A stretch of DNA of 55,793 nucleotides from Coleofasciculus sp. B1-GNL1-01 (GCA_040220235.1 JAVJTO010000172.1), one strand, 5' to 3'; shown: positions 1 through 10,710, counted from the stretch's first letter. Program-made: numbers and translations. Notes: generated by a model not told the origin, from the sequence alone.

Positions 1-137
1 CTGGCACTTGGGTTAAGGCTTCCAGGAGATTGACCTTCATAGCAAGCAAATGACTCGATTAAACTATGGCTGCAAGATTTAGTTTACGCTAAATTCTGGT
101 CGTCCTAATTTTCTCTCATCACAATGAATTAGCCCTG
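1..137 (-). mobile_element. Left end of an ISAs1-like insertion sequence (transposase start at 40 running off the window edge)
   Basis: Minus strand ATG at 40 gives MKVNLLEALTQVP..., typical of ISAs1/H-repeat transposase N-termini. The putative IR CAGGGCTAATTCATTG starts at 137 and abuts a CCCTTTTTAAGGG palindrome. Confidence 0.55.
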
Positions 138-345
138 CCCTTTTTAAGGGGGACGGAAGGGGGATCTAAAAAGGGGGACGGGAGGGGGATCTAAAAGGGG
201 GGAACGAGGGGGGTTGGGAGAGGGGCTGGGGTTAGCTTAAGTTGACACGGATGATGAGGGGGGTTGGGGGACGGAAGTGGGACGGAAGGGGGATCTATAA
301 GGGAAGAGGGGAATGTGAAGGGGATGAAGATGAGCTGGGGGTAAG
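138..345. repeat. GGGGGACGGAAGGGGGATCTAAAA-type G-rich repeat cluster
   Basis: Several imperfect copies at 148-300; a related copy at about 24555-24612. Confidence 0.7.
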
Positions 346-651
346 AGCTGTAGCCTGACATGCTGCCAAATTGTCCAAATCTCCACAGGACAAATTAACC
401 CAAATGGGATATACCTTAAATGTCCCATAAGTCTGACAATTATTTATAATATTTTTAAGGGTACTAAAAAAATGATATCGCACTTTAACCCTAAAGCGGC
501 AGCTTTACAAAACCTGCATTTTTTAAAGCTTCAATGAAGTATAAGATTAAATCAAATTTACTATATTAATTCCCTAAAAAACAGGAAACTAAAGAGTCGA
601 TAAATCGTCATTTATTCTGAGTACTCCTGACCCGACAATAGGCAACAACCA

Positions 652-3600
652 ATGACATACAAGATGAACACAACAGTATTGACCAATTGCTGGTTGGTGG
701 TTGCCAATCTATTCACCATGACCAAGAAAAAAAGTAAACGAAGCCACTATCTACTGTTGACGTTACTCCTGGCGGGTTTACCAACGGGGGGACTGGCTCA
801 ATCGGTTGTTGAAGCGCCAGATGGGACAGGTACTATTGTCACACCCAATGGTGATCAGTTTGACATTACCGGGGGACAAACTTCTGGGGATGGAGCCAAC
901 CTTTTTCATAGCTTCAGCGAATTTGGTTTAGAGGCGAACCAAACCGCAACTTTTAGTCCTGACTCAAATATCCAAAATATTTTTGCCCGTGTAACGAGTG
1001 GTAATCCTTCAATAATTAATGGGTTGCTGGAAGTGACAGGGGGAAATCCAAATCTATTTTTAATGAATCCCGCCGGTATTGTCTTTGGTCAAAATGCCCG
1101 ACTTAATGTTCCGGCATCCTTTACGGCTACAACCGCTACGGGAATTGGCATTGGAGATAATTGGTTTAATGCGATCGGGTCAAATGACTATACGGCTTTA
1201 GTTGGAGAACCTAACGCCTTTGCCTTTTCAACATCTCAGACACCAGGAGCCATTGTCAACGCGGGGTTAGAATTAGAAGAGGCACAAAGCTTAAACTTAT
1301 TCGGTGGCATCGTAGTTAGCACTGACAATTTGGAAGCACCCGAAGCAGAGATTACCATTGCCACTGTTCCTGGAGAGAGGATACTGCGGATTAGTCAGCC
1401 CGGAAATGTGCTGAGTTTAGAGGTTCAGCCATCGGCTTCTGTACCCCTTACTCCCCTAACTTTACCGCAGTTATTGACAGGTAGTGGTCAAATTTCTGGT
1501 CTAGAAGTGGATAGTGATGGACAAGTAACACGAGTGGATTCTAGCATTCCAACTCAAAATGGTATTCCCATCAAAAATGGAGATATCAATGTCGGGAATA
1601 TCGACACATCCGTTACTGGCAGAGATGATGCTGGTTCCGTTGTATTATCTGCTCAAAGCAATCTTACGGTTGGCGATATTACTGCAACAGCCGTGGGTCA
1701 AGGTGATTCTGGAAATGTAACGTTGTCTGCTCAAGGTAGTATCTACCATGGCACTATAGATGCTACTCATACAGGTAATCCAGGTCAGGGTAATCAAGGT
1801 GCGGGTGAGGGTGCTATTAATTTAACAACACCAGGAGAGACTACAACCGAAACAGGTTTTGTGGAAGCCGACAATCTAGGTACGACCATTGAGCCTATCA
1901 ATAACAACGATGATGATATGGATGATGGCATCGACGATGATGATGATATCAACAATGATGATATGGATAATGACATCGACGATGATGATAACATCGACGC
2001 TCAAAAAGAGCCGAATTTACCTCAAGTTCTAATCTATCAAAGATCGATAATTGATGAATTCCCTTTAAAGGATATACTTCCTAATCAAAACTCTACTCCC
2101 GATAGTGTTTTAACCGTTGATGAAAATGCTACTCCGACTACAGTTTCAGATAGTGAAGACTTAGGCACGAGTACCCCAACGACTGCTAATGAGGGGAATC
2201 AATCCCCAACTGGCAGCAATCAACCTACTGCAACCCAAGAGCCATCCAACACAAATAGTCCTGTCAATTCCACTCAAACAAATCCTGTCGGTGAAACGGA
2301 CAACAACCAATCTACTGCAACCCAAGAGCAATCCGAAACAAATAGTCCCGTCAATTCCACTCAAACAAATCCTGTCGGTGAGATAGGCAGCAATCAATCT
2401 ACTACAACCCAAGAGCCATCCAACACAAACAGTTCTGCAAATTCAACTCAAACAAATCCTGTAGCTGAAACAGACAACAACCAATCTACTACAACCCAAG
2501 AGCAATCCGAAAGAAACCCGCCGATAGATTCAACTCAAACGGATTCTGTGGCTGAGTTTGAAGAAAAATTCACGCGGCAATTCGAGGAATATTTAGAGCT
2601 ACCTGGAGATATTTCCCTGAGAACCCTAGCAGAAAGCCGGGAAATTCTCGCTAATACTGAAAAATCAACTGGAGCTAAACCCGCACTCATCTATGTCAGT
2701 TTTGCCCCCCAAACGATTGCTACTGATGAGGCAACAAATGTACCCTTCCCAACTCCAAGTCCTCAAGATCAGTTAGAAATACTGCTGGTAACTGCTCAAG
2801 GAACCCCAATTCGCAAAAAAGTAGAAGGAGTAACCCGTGAGCAAGTCCTGAAAGTTGCTAATGAATTTCGTTTGCAAGTCACCAATGTCCGTAGCCAAAA
2901 AGGTTATATTGTGCCGGGACAGCAACTCTACAACTGGTTGGTGAAGCCGTTGGAAGATGAGTTTCAAGGTCAAGGGATCGAAAATCTCATTTTCCTTCTC
3001 GATACTAACTTGCGCTCCGTTCCAGTGGCGGCACTCTATGATGGTGAACAGTTTCTCATCGAAAAGTACAGTGTTGGTTTAATGCCGAGTCTTAGCCTCA
3101 CTGATACCCGTTATGAGCCTGTTACCAACATGGAAGTTCTGGCAATGGGAGCCTCGCAATTTACCGATAAACAACCATTACCAGCTGTGCCAGTAGAGTT
3201 ATCAGAAATCACCCAGGATATATGGCAGGGAAAATCGTTTCTCAATGAATCATTCACGGTGAATAACCTAAAACAACAGCAAAACCGTCAGCCTTATGGC
3301 ATGATTCATCTGGCAACTCATGCTGATTTCGTGCCAGGAGAAATGAGTAACTCCTATATCCAATTTTGGGATAGTAAACTGCGACTTAATCAACTGTCTG
3401 AGTTAGGTTTAAACAAGCCAACGGTAGAGTTATTGGTACTAAGCTCTTGTCGCACGGCATTGGGGAATGAGGAAGCGGAATTAGGCTTTGCTGGGTTAGC
3501 CGTTAAAGCGGGAGTTAAGTCGGCGGTGGGGAGTTTGTGGTATGTGAGTGATCAAGGAACCTTGGGGTTGATAACTGAATTTTATCAGCAGCTCAAACAA

Positions 3601-3795
3601 GCTCCAATTAAGGCAGAAGCTATGCGCCAAGCTCAACTAGCTATGCTCAACGGGCAAGTTTATACACAAGATGGAAAACTGATTACCACTCAGGACATGA
3701 TATCTTTACCACCGGAACTTGCTAGGTTAAGAAATCAAACCTTTGAACATCCTTATTACTGGAGTGCGTTCACAATGATTGGTAGTCCCTGGTAA
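652..3795 (+). CDS. Filamentous-haemagglutinin (TPS) N-terminal domain + CHAT-domain protein; likely start at 718
   Basis: Signal-peptide-like MTKKKSKRSHYLLLTLLLAGLPTGGLAQ. NLFHSF and NPAGI motifs of the haemagglutination-activity domain. C-terminal CHAT motifs IHLATHA, LVLSSCRT, SLWYVSD, HPYYWSAF. Confidence 0.9.
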   Translation: MTYKMNTTVLTNCWLVVANLFTMTKKKSKRSHYLLLTLLLAGLPTGGLAQSVVEAPDGTGTIVTPNGDQFDITGGQTSGDGANLFHSFSEFGLEANQTATFSPDSNIQNIFARVTSGNPSIINGLLEVTGGNPNLFLMNPAGIVFGQNARLNVPASFTATTATGIGIGDNWFNAIGSNDYTALVGEPNAFAFSTSQTPGAIVNAGLELEEAQSLNLFGGIVVSTDNLEAPEAEITIATVPGERILRISQPGNVLSLEVQPSASVPLTPLTLPQLLTGSGQISGLEVDSDGQVTRVDSSIPTQNGIPIKNGDINVGNIDTSVTGRDDAGSVVLSAQSNLTVGDITATAVGQGDSGNVTLSAQGSIYHGTIDATHTGNPGQGNQGAGEGAINLTTPGETTTETGFVEADNLGTTIEPINNNDDDMDDGIDDDDDINNDDMDNDIDDDDNIDAQKEPNLPQVLIYQRSIIDEFPLKDILPNQNSTPDSVLTVDENATPTTVSDSEDLGTSTPTTANEGNQSPTGSNQPTATQEPSNTNSPVNSTQTNPVGETDNNQSTATQEQSETNSPVNSTQTNPVGEIGSNQSTTTQEPSNTNSSANSTQTNPVAETDNNQSTTTQEQSERNPPIDSTQTDSVAEFEEKFTRQFEEYLELPGDISLRTLAESREILANTEKSTGAKPALIYVSFAPQTIATDEATNVPFPTPSPQDQLEILLVTAQGTPIRKKVEGVTREQVLKVANEFRLQVTNVRSQKGYIVPGQQLYNWLVKPLEDEFQGQGIENLIFLLDTNLRSVPVAALYDGEQFLIEKYSVGLMPSLSLTDTRYEPVTNMEVLAMGASQFTDKQPLPAVPVELSEITQDIWQGKSFLNESFTVNNLKQQQNRQPYGMIHLATHADFVPGEMSNSYIQFWDSKLRLNQLSELGLNKPTVELLVLSSCRTALGNEEAELGFAGLAVKAGVKSAVGSLWYVSDQGTLGLITEFYQQLKQAPIKAEAMRQAQLAMLNGQVYTQDGKLITTQDMISLPPELARLRNQTFEHPYYWSAFTMIGSPW
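2218..2556 (+). repeat. Coding tandem repeat, 4 x 87 bp (29 aa), ABAB order
   Basis: Units start at 2218, 2305, 2392 and 2479 (NQxTxTQExSxTNSxxNSTQTNPV). Confidence 0.9.
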
Positions 3796-3817
3796 TTGGT
3801 CATTCGTCATTTTTTAT

Positions 3818-4157
3818 ATAGCATTTTAAATCATTCATGAAATCCAACGCTAGTTTCTAATCATACCTAAAATACCTGTAACTCTTTCTTCCTGCTGCCT
3901 GTTAAGCTGTTCGGCATTTAAACCTTAATATCAATTAAGGCGAAATCCTTGTAGTGCGAGCATCTTGCTCGTTACTAATACCCAATTTAAATGCATGACA
4001 GCTTACCCATGATACACCAAGCGTGTTACCGAGCGCAGTTCGGCTAGGCTCACTGACCGTCGAGGTAAGCGATGTCCTGAGCCTGTCAAAGGGTCGAGGT
4101 TTTGTCTGTTGCCTTTGTCTACCATCGTGATTTCCACATCTCAAATAAAAATGCTAT
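3818..4157. mobile_element. Composite MITE: outer element with ATAGCATTTT...AAAATGCTAT ends enclosing an inner MITE (3903-4005) and a CTGAGCCTGTCxAAG REP-like unit
   Basis: Terminal inverted repeats read directly. The inner MITE recurs at 10805-10907 and about 20467-20575. The REP-like unit recurs at about 25632-25676. Confidence 0.65.
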
Positions 4158-4622
4158 TCTCGCTTCGCGAGAAGCAAGCTACCTTTATATAAGGGTTTGA
4201 GGCATATCCACAGAACTTAATACAGTTCAGTTGATTTACACAATCTACACTTTAGACAATCTGTCAATGAAGTTTTAATGAAGTTTAGCAACTCTACAAT
4301 ATACGATGCTATCCTAAAAATAAGGCATAGATTAAATTATTGATGCTGATGGAGAATTATCCGGAAATCAATCGTAAGGATTGAATGGTGAATTACATTG
4401 ACCAGCACCGGGGTTGCAGATATTGAATAAATAGATAAGAAGTGAGACAAGTTATTGCTTGTTATTCATAATCTCTAATTCAGACTAAGTAATTGAACAA
4501 AATAAAATCGCACTGTATTGATCTCCTAAACGTCTTTAAACTCTTGATTAAGACTTATATTTTGAAGCGATTTATATTTCACTATCATCAATCATAATTT
4601 AACCAACTCAATTGAGTCTTGA

Positions 4623-7600
4623 TTGATCAAGCGGCGACCCATGAATCAGAGGAAAATAGCTGTGAGGTTAACTAAGGAAAGATGGCATCTGACCAAGTTA
4701 TTAACTTGGCTAACTGAAAATAGTAAAGTCAATCGTATTTTACTATGGACGTTAGTTTTAGGATTCTTTCCCACCGGCGTTGAGGCACAACCGATCCCAG
4801 CCAATGATGGAACAAATACTCAAGTAGACGCTAGTGGAAATCAATTCACGATTACTGGTGGTCAAACCTCTGGAGATGGCGCTAATCTTTTTCACAGTTT
4901 TAGTGAGTTTGGTTTAGACGCAAACCAGACAGCTAATTTTATAACGAATCCTGACATAAAAAATATTTTATCCCGTGTAACTGGAGGAAATTCTTCGTTA
5001 ATTAATGGATTAATTCAGGTAACTGGAGGCAATTCCAATCTATTTTTGATGAATCCAGCGGGGATTGTGTTTGGTCACAATGCCCGGTTAGATGTACCTG
5101 CATCCTTTACGGCGACAACAGCGACGGGGATTGGGTTTGGGGAGAATTGGTTTAGTGCGATCGCGTCTAATGATTATACCTCTCTTGTCGGTCAACCCAA
5201 TGCTTTTACGTTTAACACATCCAACCCTGGGGCGATTGTCAATGGGGGTAATCTAGAGGTTGGCAAAGATTTAAGCTTAGTTGGCGGTACAGTGGTGAGT
5301 ACAGGTAACTTGGAAGCCGCTAACGGACAGCTTACCATTACCACCGTTCCCGGTGAAAGTACAGTCCGCCTCAGTCAACCTGGACATTTGTTGAGTCTAG
5401 AAGTTCCGGCGGGAGAGACTCCCATTAACCCCCTATCTTTACCGGAATTGCTGACAGGTTCGATTGAGGTTCCAGACGTTAAAGTAAATAGCAATGGAAC
5501 AGCAGAAATCTCAGCGTCTAGGATTCCGATTGAACCTGGAGATATTGTTGCCAAAAACGTTATTGCTGAGACAGCTACCTTATCTGCACAGCATAACCTA
5601 ACCTTAGTTGAGAGTCAGTTACAAACCACAGGTGACTTGAATTTATTGGCACAAGATACGGTGCGAGTGCGCGATAGTGTAACCCATCCTTTCCTTGCCC
5701 AAGCTGGGGGTAATCTTTATATTCAAGGGAATAACACCATTGATATTTTGGCATTAAATCATCCCCAAACTCCGTTTCAAAGTGGGGGAGATCTCAGCTT
5801 AGTTAGCGATGGGGATATTTCAGGCGATGCTCATTTTGCCAGTGGCGGAAGTTTCTCGATTCTGAATTTAGCTGGTAATCCGGGTAACTTTGTCAGCTAT
5901 TTCGATCCAATTATTAGCGTTGATGGAGACGTTACGTTTGGTGATTATAATGGTGTGGCACTGAAGATAGAAGCAACAGGTAGTATTACCGGCGGGAATA
6001 TTACAATTACTGGACCCGATACTATGTTTTCAGTTTCTGATCCTGATCCAGATATTCGACTCTTGGCTAACTCTCCCTCTGTAATTTTGCGGGCAGGTTT
6101 AAACCCAGCAGATTTAAATAATTCCCCCAATCTTCCCGCCAACGCTGGAAACACAAGTTTTACCTCTACAGGGAGTCCATCGTCACCCGGAAATATTACC
6201 GTTAAGAATATCACGACGTCTAATTCTGTGCCGACAACTGATGCTGGTTCTGTAATATTAAATGCTACTGGAGATATTACTATCGATGGCACGATTAATA
6301 CAAGTGATCAAAGTTTAGGTAATTCGGGTAATGTAGATTTATCTGCCGCTGGCAACATTTTGGTAAACAACATAGTTACTAACGATCAGAATGATGGCAA
6401 TGCAGGTTCGGTAACCTTATCGAGTTCTCGTAACATTACTATCAACAATGGTATAAATACAAATGATAATGGTTCTGGGAATGCTGGTTCGATACTATTG
6501 GAGGCTAATTCAGGTAATATCATTATCGGCAATATATCTGTAAATAGACCTGGGAATATATCCACAAGTGAAGATGATTCTGGGAATAGCGGTTCTGTAC
6601 AATTATCCGCTTCGGGCGATATTAATATCAACGGTACTATAGATGTTTCTCAACGGGGAGAGGGTGAGTTAGGTAGTATAAACTTGATCGCTGGGGGTAG
6701 CATTCGATATAACAATATCATTCCCGGAGAGCAGCAATTGAGAAATCAGGGTCGGTTTACGAGAACCGAAAATGCAGTTATTCCTGATCCGGGAACTGAT
6801 CCAGAAACTCCTCCAATTCTTAATCCGGGAACTGATTCAGAAACTCCTCCAATGACGAATCCGGAAACCAATCCCCTGATTAATCCAGTTGCTATAATAT
6901 CTCCCGATCTTGATAATGACACTGATTTGCAGATTGCTCCTGAGGAACTTATTTCTGGTGGTGAGGAAGAGTCTCCAATTCTCACTTACGAAAGAACTCC
7001 TTCTCTGAACCCAGAAGATAATTTAGAGAATCCCGAAAACCCTCCTTCCTTAAGCCCGGAAGATAATTTAGAGAATCCCGAAAACCCTCCTTCCTTAAGC
7101 CCGGAAGATAATCGATACAATCCAGACAATTCTACTACTCTTAACCCGGAAGATAATCTAAATAATTCTAGCGATACAACTCTCTCTGAACCGACAAATC
7201 AACTGAATAATCCCAGCAATCCTAGTCCTAGCGAAACCAATAGTACTCCATCTGTCTCCGCTGAAACCCCATCCAGTGAAGCGAATAGCAATCCATCCAC
7301 CCCCGCTAACAACTCATCCAGCGAAGCCTCATCATCCGCTTCTTCTGATGACTCATCCCTCCAATCCGTTGACGCCTCAGAGGAAAACTTTACCCGACAA
7401 TTTGTAGACTATTTAGGCTTACCTACTGATATCCCCTTAGTTACTCTCGCCCAAAGCCAGAATATTCTTAGCAACATCGAAAAAACGACAGAAGTTAAAT
7501 CTTCACTACTTTATATCAGTTTTGTCCCGCCAGAGAGTTCTAATCAAACCGAAAATCCATCATCGTCAAGCCAAAATTCTCCTACCAAAACCCGCAATCC

Positions 7601-8633
7601 TGAAGACCAATTAGAATTACTCCTGGTTACAGCTAATGGATTACCCATTCGCAAACGAATCCCTGAAATCACTCGCCAACAAGTTCTCAACATTGCCAAG
7701 CAGTTTCGCTTAGAAGTCACCAATGTTCGCAGTCGTAAAGGCTACATTGCTCCGGGGAAACAACTCTATGATTGGCTAGTGGCTCCCATGGACGATGAAC
7801 TGCAAGCCCTCGGTATTGAAAACGTAACCTTCCTAGTAGACTACGGCTTACGCTCTATTCCTATAGCGGCTCTTTACGATGGTCAACAGTTTTTGATTGA
7901 GAAATACAGTGTTGGTTTAATGCCGAGTTTGAGCCTAGTTAATCCGAACTACGCCCCCATTGAAAACCTGGATGTTTTAGCAATGGGAGCCGCACAATTT
8001 ACGGATCAAAAACCTTTACCTGCTGTTCCGGTAGAATTATCAGCTATTACCCAATCGCTGTGGCAAGGAAAATCTTTTCTTAACGAGACGTTTACTTTAG
8101 AAAATCTCAAAGAACAACGTCAACAGCAACCTTTTGGCATTATCCACTTAGCCACTCATGCCAATTTCCAATCAGGAGAACCGAATAACTCCTATATCCA
8201 ACTTTGGGATAGGAAGCTGCGACTCAATCAATTGCCTCAATTAGATTGGAATAATCCTCCCGTTGAACTCTTAGTTCTCAGTGCTTGTCGCACGGCGTTG
8301 GGGAATGAGGAAGCTGAATTAGGTTTTGCTGGATTAGCAGTTCAAGCGGGCGCAAAATCAGCCGTAGGCAGTTTATGGTATGTCAGTGATGAGGGAACGT
8401 TAGGATTAATGACCCAACTCTATCAAACCCTCAAACAAGCTCCGATTAAAGCAGAAGCACTGCGACAAACTCAACTGGCAATGTTACGGGGACAAGTCTA
8501 TGTCAAAGGGGGACAACTGATTGCAGGTGATAAGTCAGTCGCGTTACCACCTGAATTAGCCAGACTCGGAGATGGTAACTTTGAACATCCTTATTACTGG
8601 AGTGCGTTTACTATGGTTGGTAGTCCTTGGTAA
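4623..8633 (+). CDS. Second FHA/TPS-domain + CHAT-domain protein (paralogue); likely ATG start at 4641
   Basis: Same NLFHSF/NPAGI N-terminus, a longer beta-helix-like GNAGSV repeat region, a Ser/Pro/Asn-rich linker, and CHAT motifs IHLATHA, LSACRT, HPYYWSAF. Confidence 0.9.
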   Translation: MIKRRPMNQRKIAVRLTKERWHLTKLLTWLTENSKVNRILLWTLVLGFFPTGVEAQPIPANDGTNTQVDASGNQFTITGGQTSGDGANLFHSFSEFGLDANQTANFITNPDIKNILSRVTGGNSSLINGLIQVTGGNSNLFLMNPAGIVFGHNARLDVPASFTATTATGIGFGENWFSAIASNDYTSLVGQPNAFTFNTSNPGAIVNGGNLEVGKDLSLVGGTVVSTGNLEAANGQLTITTVPGESTVRLSQPGHLLSLEVPAGETPINPLSLPELLTGSIEVPDVKVNSNGTAEISASRIPIEPGDIVAKNVIAETATLSAQHNLTLVESQLQTTGDLNLLAQDTVRVRDSVTHPFLAQAGGNLYIQGNNTIDILALNHPQTPFQSGGDLSLVSDGDISGDAHFASGGSFSILNLAGNPGNFVSYFDPIISVDGDVTFGDYNGVALKIEATGSITGGNITITGPDTMFSVSDPDPDIRLLANSPSVILRAGLNPADLNNSPNLPANAGNTSFTSTGSPSSPGNITVKNITTSNSVPTTDAGSVILNATGDITIDGTINTSDQSLGNSGNVDLSAAGNILVNNIVTNDQNDGNAGSVTLSSSRNITINNGINTNDNGSGNAGSILLEANSGNIIIGNISVNRPGNISTSEDDSGNSGSVQLSASGDININGTIDVSQRGEGELGSINLIAGGSIRYNNIIPGEQQLRNQGRFTRTENAVIPDPGTDPETPPILNPGTDSETPPMTNPETNPLINPVAIISPDLDNDTDLQIAPEELISGGEEESPILTYERTPSLNPEDNLENPENPPSLSPEDNLENPENPPSLSPEDNRYNPDNSTTLNPEDNLNNSSDTTLSEPTNQLNNPSNPSPSETNSTPSVSAETPSSEANSNPSTPANNSSSEASSSASSDDSSLQSVDASEENFTRQFVDYLGLPTDIPLVTLAQSQNILSNIEKTTEVKSSLLYISFVPPESSNQTENPSSSSQNSPTKTRNPEDQLELLLVTANGLPIRKRIPEITRQQVLNIAKQFRLEVTNVRSRKGYIAPGKQLYDWLVAPMDDELQALGIENVTFLVDYGLRSIPIAALYDGQQFLIEKYSVGLMPSLSLVNPNYAPIENLDVLAMGAAQFTDQKPLPAVPVELSAITQSLWQGKSFLNETFTLENLKEQRQQQPFGIIHLATHANFQSGEPNNSYIQLWDRKLRLNQLPQLDWNNPPVELLVLSACRTALGNEEAELGFAGLAVQAGAKSAVGSLWYVSDEGTLGLMTQLYQTLKQAPIKAEALRQTQLAMLRGQVYVKGGQLIAGDKSVALPPELARLGDGNFEHPYYWSAFTMVGSPW
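7011..7165 (+). repeat. Coding tandem repeat, 45 bp (PEDNLENPENPPSLS), about 3.5 copies
   Basis: Units at 7011, 7056, 7101 and 7146. Confidence 0.85.
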
Positions 8634-8639
8634 TTTGTT

Positions 8640-8695
8640 GTCATTTGTCATTCGTCATTTGTCATTCGTTATTCGTCATTCGTTATTCGTCATTT
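8640..8695. repeat. STRR-type heptamer array (GTCATTY/GTTATTC)
   Basis: About 8 heptamers directly after the stop codon. Related arrays at 30857-30892 and 41450-41492. Confidence 0.85.
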
Positions 8696-8763
8696 GGTCG
8701 GGGCGGGTTTTGTCGCCAAGCTAGGGATAACAATCAATATTAGTCCCTAAACCCGCCCCTACA
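8696..8763. repeat. REP-like inverted-repeat element GGGGCGGGTTT...AAACCCGCCCC
   Basis: Near-identical copy at 10643-10710. Related copies at 26938-27002, 30785-30849 and 42851-42914. Confidence 0.85.
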
Positions 8764-8852
8764 GACAGATACTTCTGTAATCACGCCTGGAACATGACTC
8801 CCCTATCTCCCTCATCTTCCCCATCTTCCCCATCTTCCCCAGCACCTCTTAT

Positions 8853-9419
8853 CTAGCAGAATCCCCATCGACAAGAGGTTCGTCGATAGAAGTGCAACCG
8901 TCCCACACCCAAATATAATCCATAGGGTTTTTCTCCTGCTGGAAACGCGGTTACACCAAATAAATAAACTCCACCCCAATAGGGATTATGCTGTGGCTGA
9001 AGACCAATGGTAAATGTGGTTCCTGGAGAAATCGGTTCGGCAAAACTAACAGAAACCGTTTTGGTTTCATCATCTCTGGTCACCGATTGTAACGGCAATT
9101 GTTTGCCTTTATTTCGAGCGGTTCCGGTAAAGGCTAAAGTATCATCAAGCCGAAAACGAATAGTTTCGCTTCCTTCCCGTTGACTAATCGTTACCTTCTG
9201 TAAGGGTTCACCCGCATTTTCTGGAAGTTCTAGGGTGAAATAATATTTAGCTCCCCATACTCCCACATGGTCAAATGTGGTGAACACATTAATCAAGCGC
9301 GGTGATTTTTCAAAGGAAACGGTACCATCGGCTTGCTGTACAGCATGAATCGGGGCAATTGGCATTCCCAAAAAACTGGCTGTACTTAGGGTTAGGGCAA
9401 TGAGAGTGGAAACGCGCAT
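8853..9419 (-). CDS. DUF2808-like secreted cyanobacterial protein
   Basis: Signal peptide; YYFTLELP...GEPL, NP..GGVYLFGVTAFP.GE motifs. Confidence 0.75.
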   Translation of the reverse strand: MRVSTLIALTLSTASFLGMPIAPIHAVQQADGTVSFEKSPRLINVFTTFDHVGVWGAKYYFTLELPENAGEPLQKVTISQREGSETIRFRLDDTLAFTGTARNKGKQLPLQSVTRDDETKTVSVSFAEPISPGTTFTIGLQPQHNPYWGGVYLFGVTAFPAGEKPYGLYLGVGRLHFYRRTSCRWGFC

Positions 9420-9482
9420 AAATAAACTGGAATGCTAGCCCAACTACTGCCATGGGCGACTTACTGTTTATGGTATTCGACG

Positions 9483-9743
9483 TTACAAATCTGGGGGTCG
9501 ATCACGGTTCGTCAATTCCGAGGGAGGGCGATCGCTACTCCAAGCCCACCACACTTTACCACACTGACATTGATAGAACTCTTGCCACTTTTTACGATAA
9601 TCTTCAGTCAGGACGGGTGATTGTCGATTAATCCAAACCCGTTGGGCTTCCATCGAAGAAGCATGACAGGTGGGACAGCAGAACTCTAAGGCATGAGTGG
9701 CTGATTTTGTCCATTGCGGTGGAAATGGGGTAAAAGCGTCCAT
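9483..9743 (-). CDS. Conserved cyanobacterial small protein with CPxC/CxC putative Zn site
   Basis: CCPTC and CQCGKVWWAW motifs; 86 aa; divergent from the next gene. Confidence 0.7.
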   Translation of the reverse strand: MDAFTPFPPQWTKSATHALEFCCPTCHASSMEAQRVWINRQSPVLTEDYRKKWQEFYQCQCGKVWWAWSSDRPPSELTNRDRPPDL

Positions 9744-9919
9744 AGTCTATCGCTGGGTTGTAGCTAAAGGGGAGAGTCTGGTCTTGACAATCTCCTGTGC
9801 CTATTTTAGGGGTTTCCCTGCCCAGGCGTTTTGCATTTTAAGGCAGGCATGAGATAGTTGGGACAATAAGTGTTTTAACTTTATCCTCTAAATCCTCTAA
9901 GTTTTGAGTCCCTCGGCTG

Positions 9920-10531
9920 ATGAATCCAGAGCCAGAAATTCGCCGCTTGCGTGATCTAATGCCCGCCTCTGGGCGAATGCTGACCAAAATTATCAGTAAA
10001 CCGCAACAGACGGCGGTGATTGACACTCCTTTCCCGATGCCTTGGTCAAGAGATCGTCCAATCTATATTAACTTTGATCTGTGGCGTCGCTTACCTAGAC
10101 CGCAACGAGATATGCTGCTCCTCAGTACCGTGAGTTGGTTGCTGAATATCAGGTGGTTTAAGCCTGATTTATATCAAGGCGTTGTCATTGCCGGATTGTT
10201 AGGGGGAATGGTAGAACTGGTGCAAGGCGATGCGGTGGGTGTCGTTGTGGCGACGGGATTGAGTGCGATCGCGGGGAGTCAAATTTGGCGCAGCACTCGC
10301 AGTTGTCAAACCCACCTAGAGGCGGATACCGATGCGATCAAAGTCGCCCTACGGCGTGGCTATACCGAAACAGAAGCAGCGCAGCATCTATTAGCGGCGA
10401 TTGAATCCGTGGCTGAGATAGAAGGGCGACTGAGTTTAAATTTTACTGAATTAATTCGCTCTCAAAACCTGCGGGCGATCGCGGGTATTTCCCCTGTGGG
10501 GGTTCCGGAGAGTGTGAGACAGAATAGTTAG
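9920..10531 (+). CDS. DUF3318-like membrane protein
   Basis: EIRRLRDLMPASGRM N-terminus; two hydrophobic segments. Confidence 0.75.
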   Translation: MNPEPEIRRLRDLMPASGRMLTKIISKPQQTAVIDTPFPMPWSRDRPIYINFDLWRRLPRPQRDMLLLSTVSWLLNIRWFKPDLYQGVVIAGLLGGMVELVQGDAVGVVVATGLSAIAGSQIWRSTRSCQTHLEADTDAIKVALRRGYTETEAAQHLLAAIESVAEIEGRLSLNFTELIRSQNLRAIAGISPVGVPESVRQNS

Positions 10532-10710
10532 GCGTTGCTGAATAAGTGTTGTGGTGAGAGGAAGCTGGGGGAGCTGGGGAAGCTGGGGAAGCTGGGGAAG
10601 CTGGGGAAGAAAACAGCTTACGTTGTACTCGCGAAGTCATTTGGTTGGGGCGGGTTTTGCCGCCAACCTAGGGATAACAATCAATATTAGTCCCTAAACC
10701 CGCCCCTACA
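10529..10710. mobile_element. Partial TAGGxxTGCTGAATAAG MITE with GGAAGCTGG 9-mers, followed by a REP-like element
   Basis: Same start as the full copies at 26035 and 43380. Confidence 0.65.

Noticed and set aside
2218..2556. Regularly spaced repeats as a possible CRISPR array
   Set aside because: They are in-frame coding tandem repeats with no unique spacers, and no cas genes are in the window.
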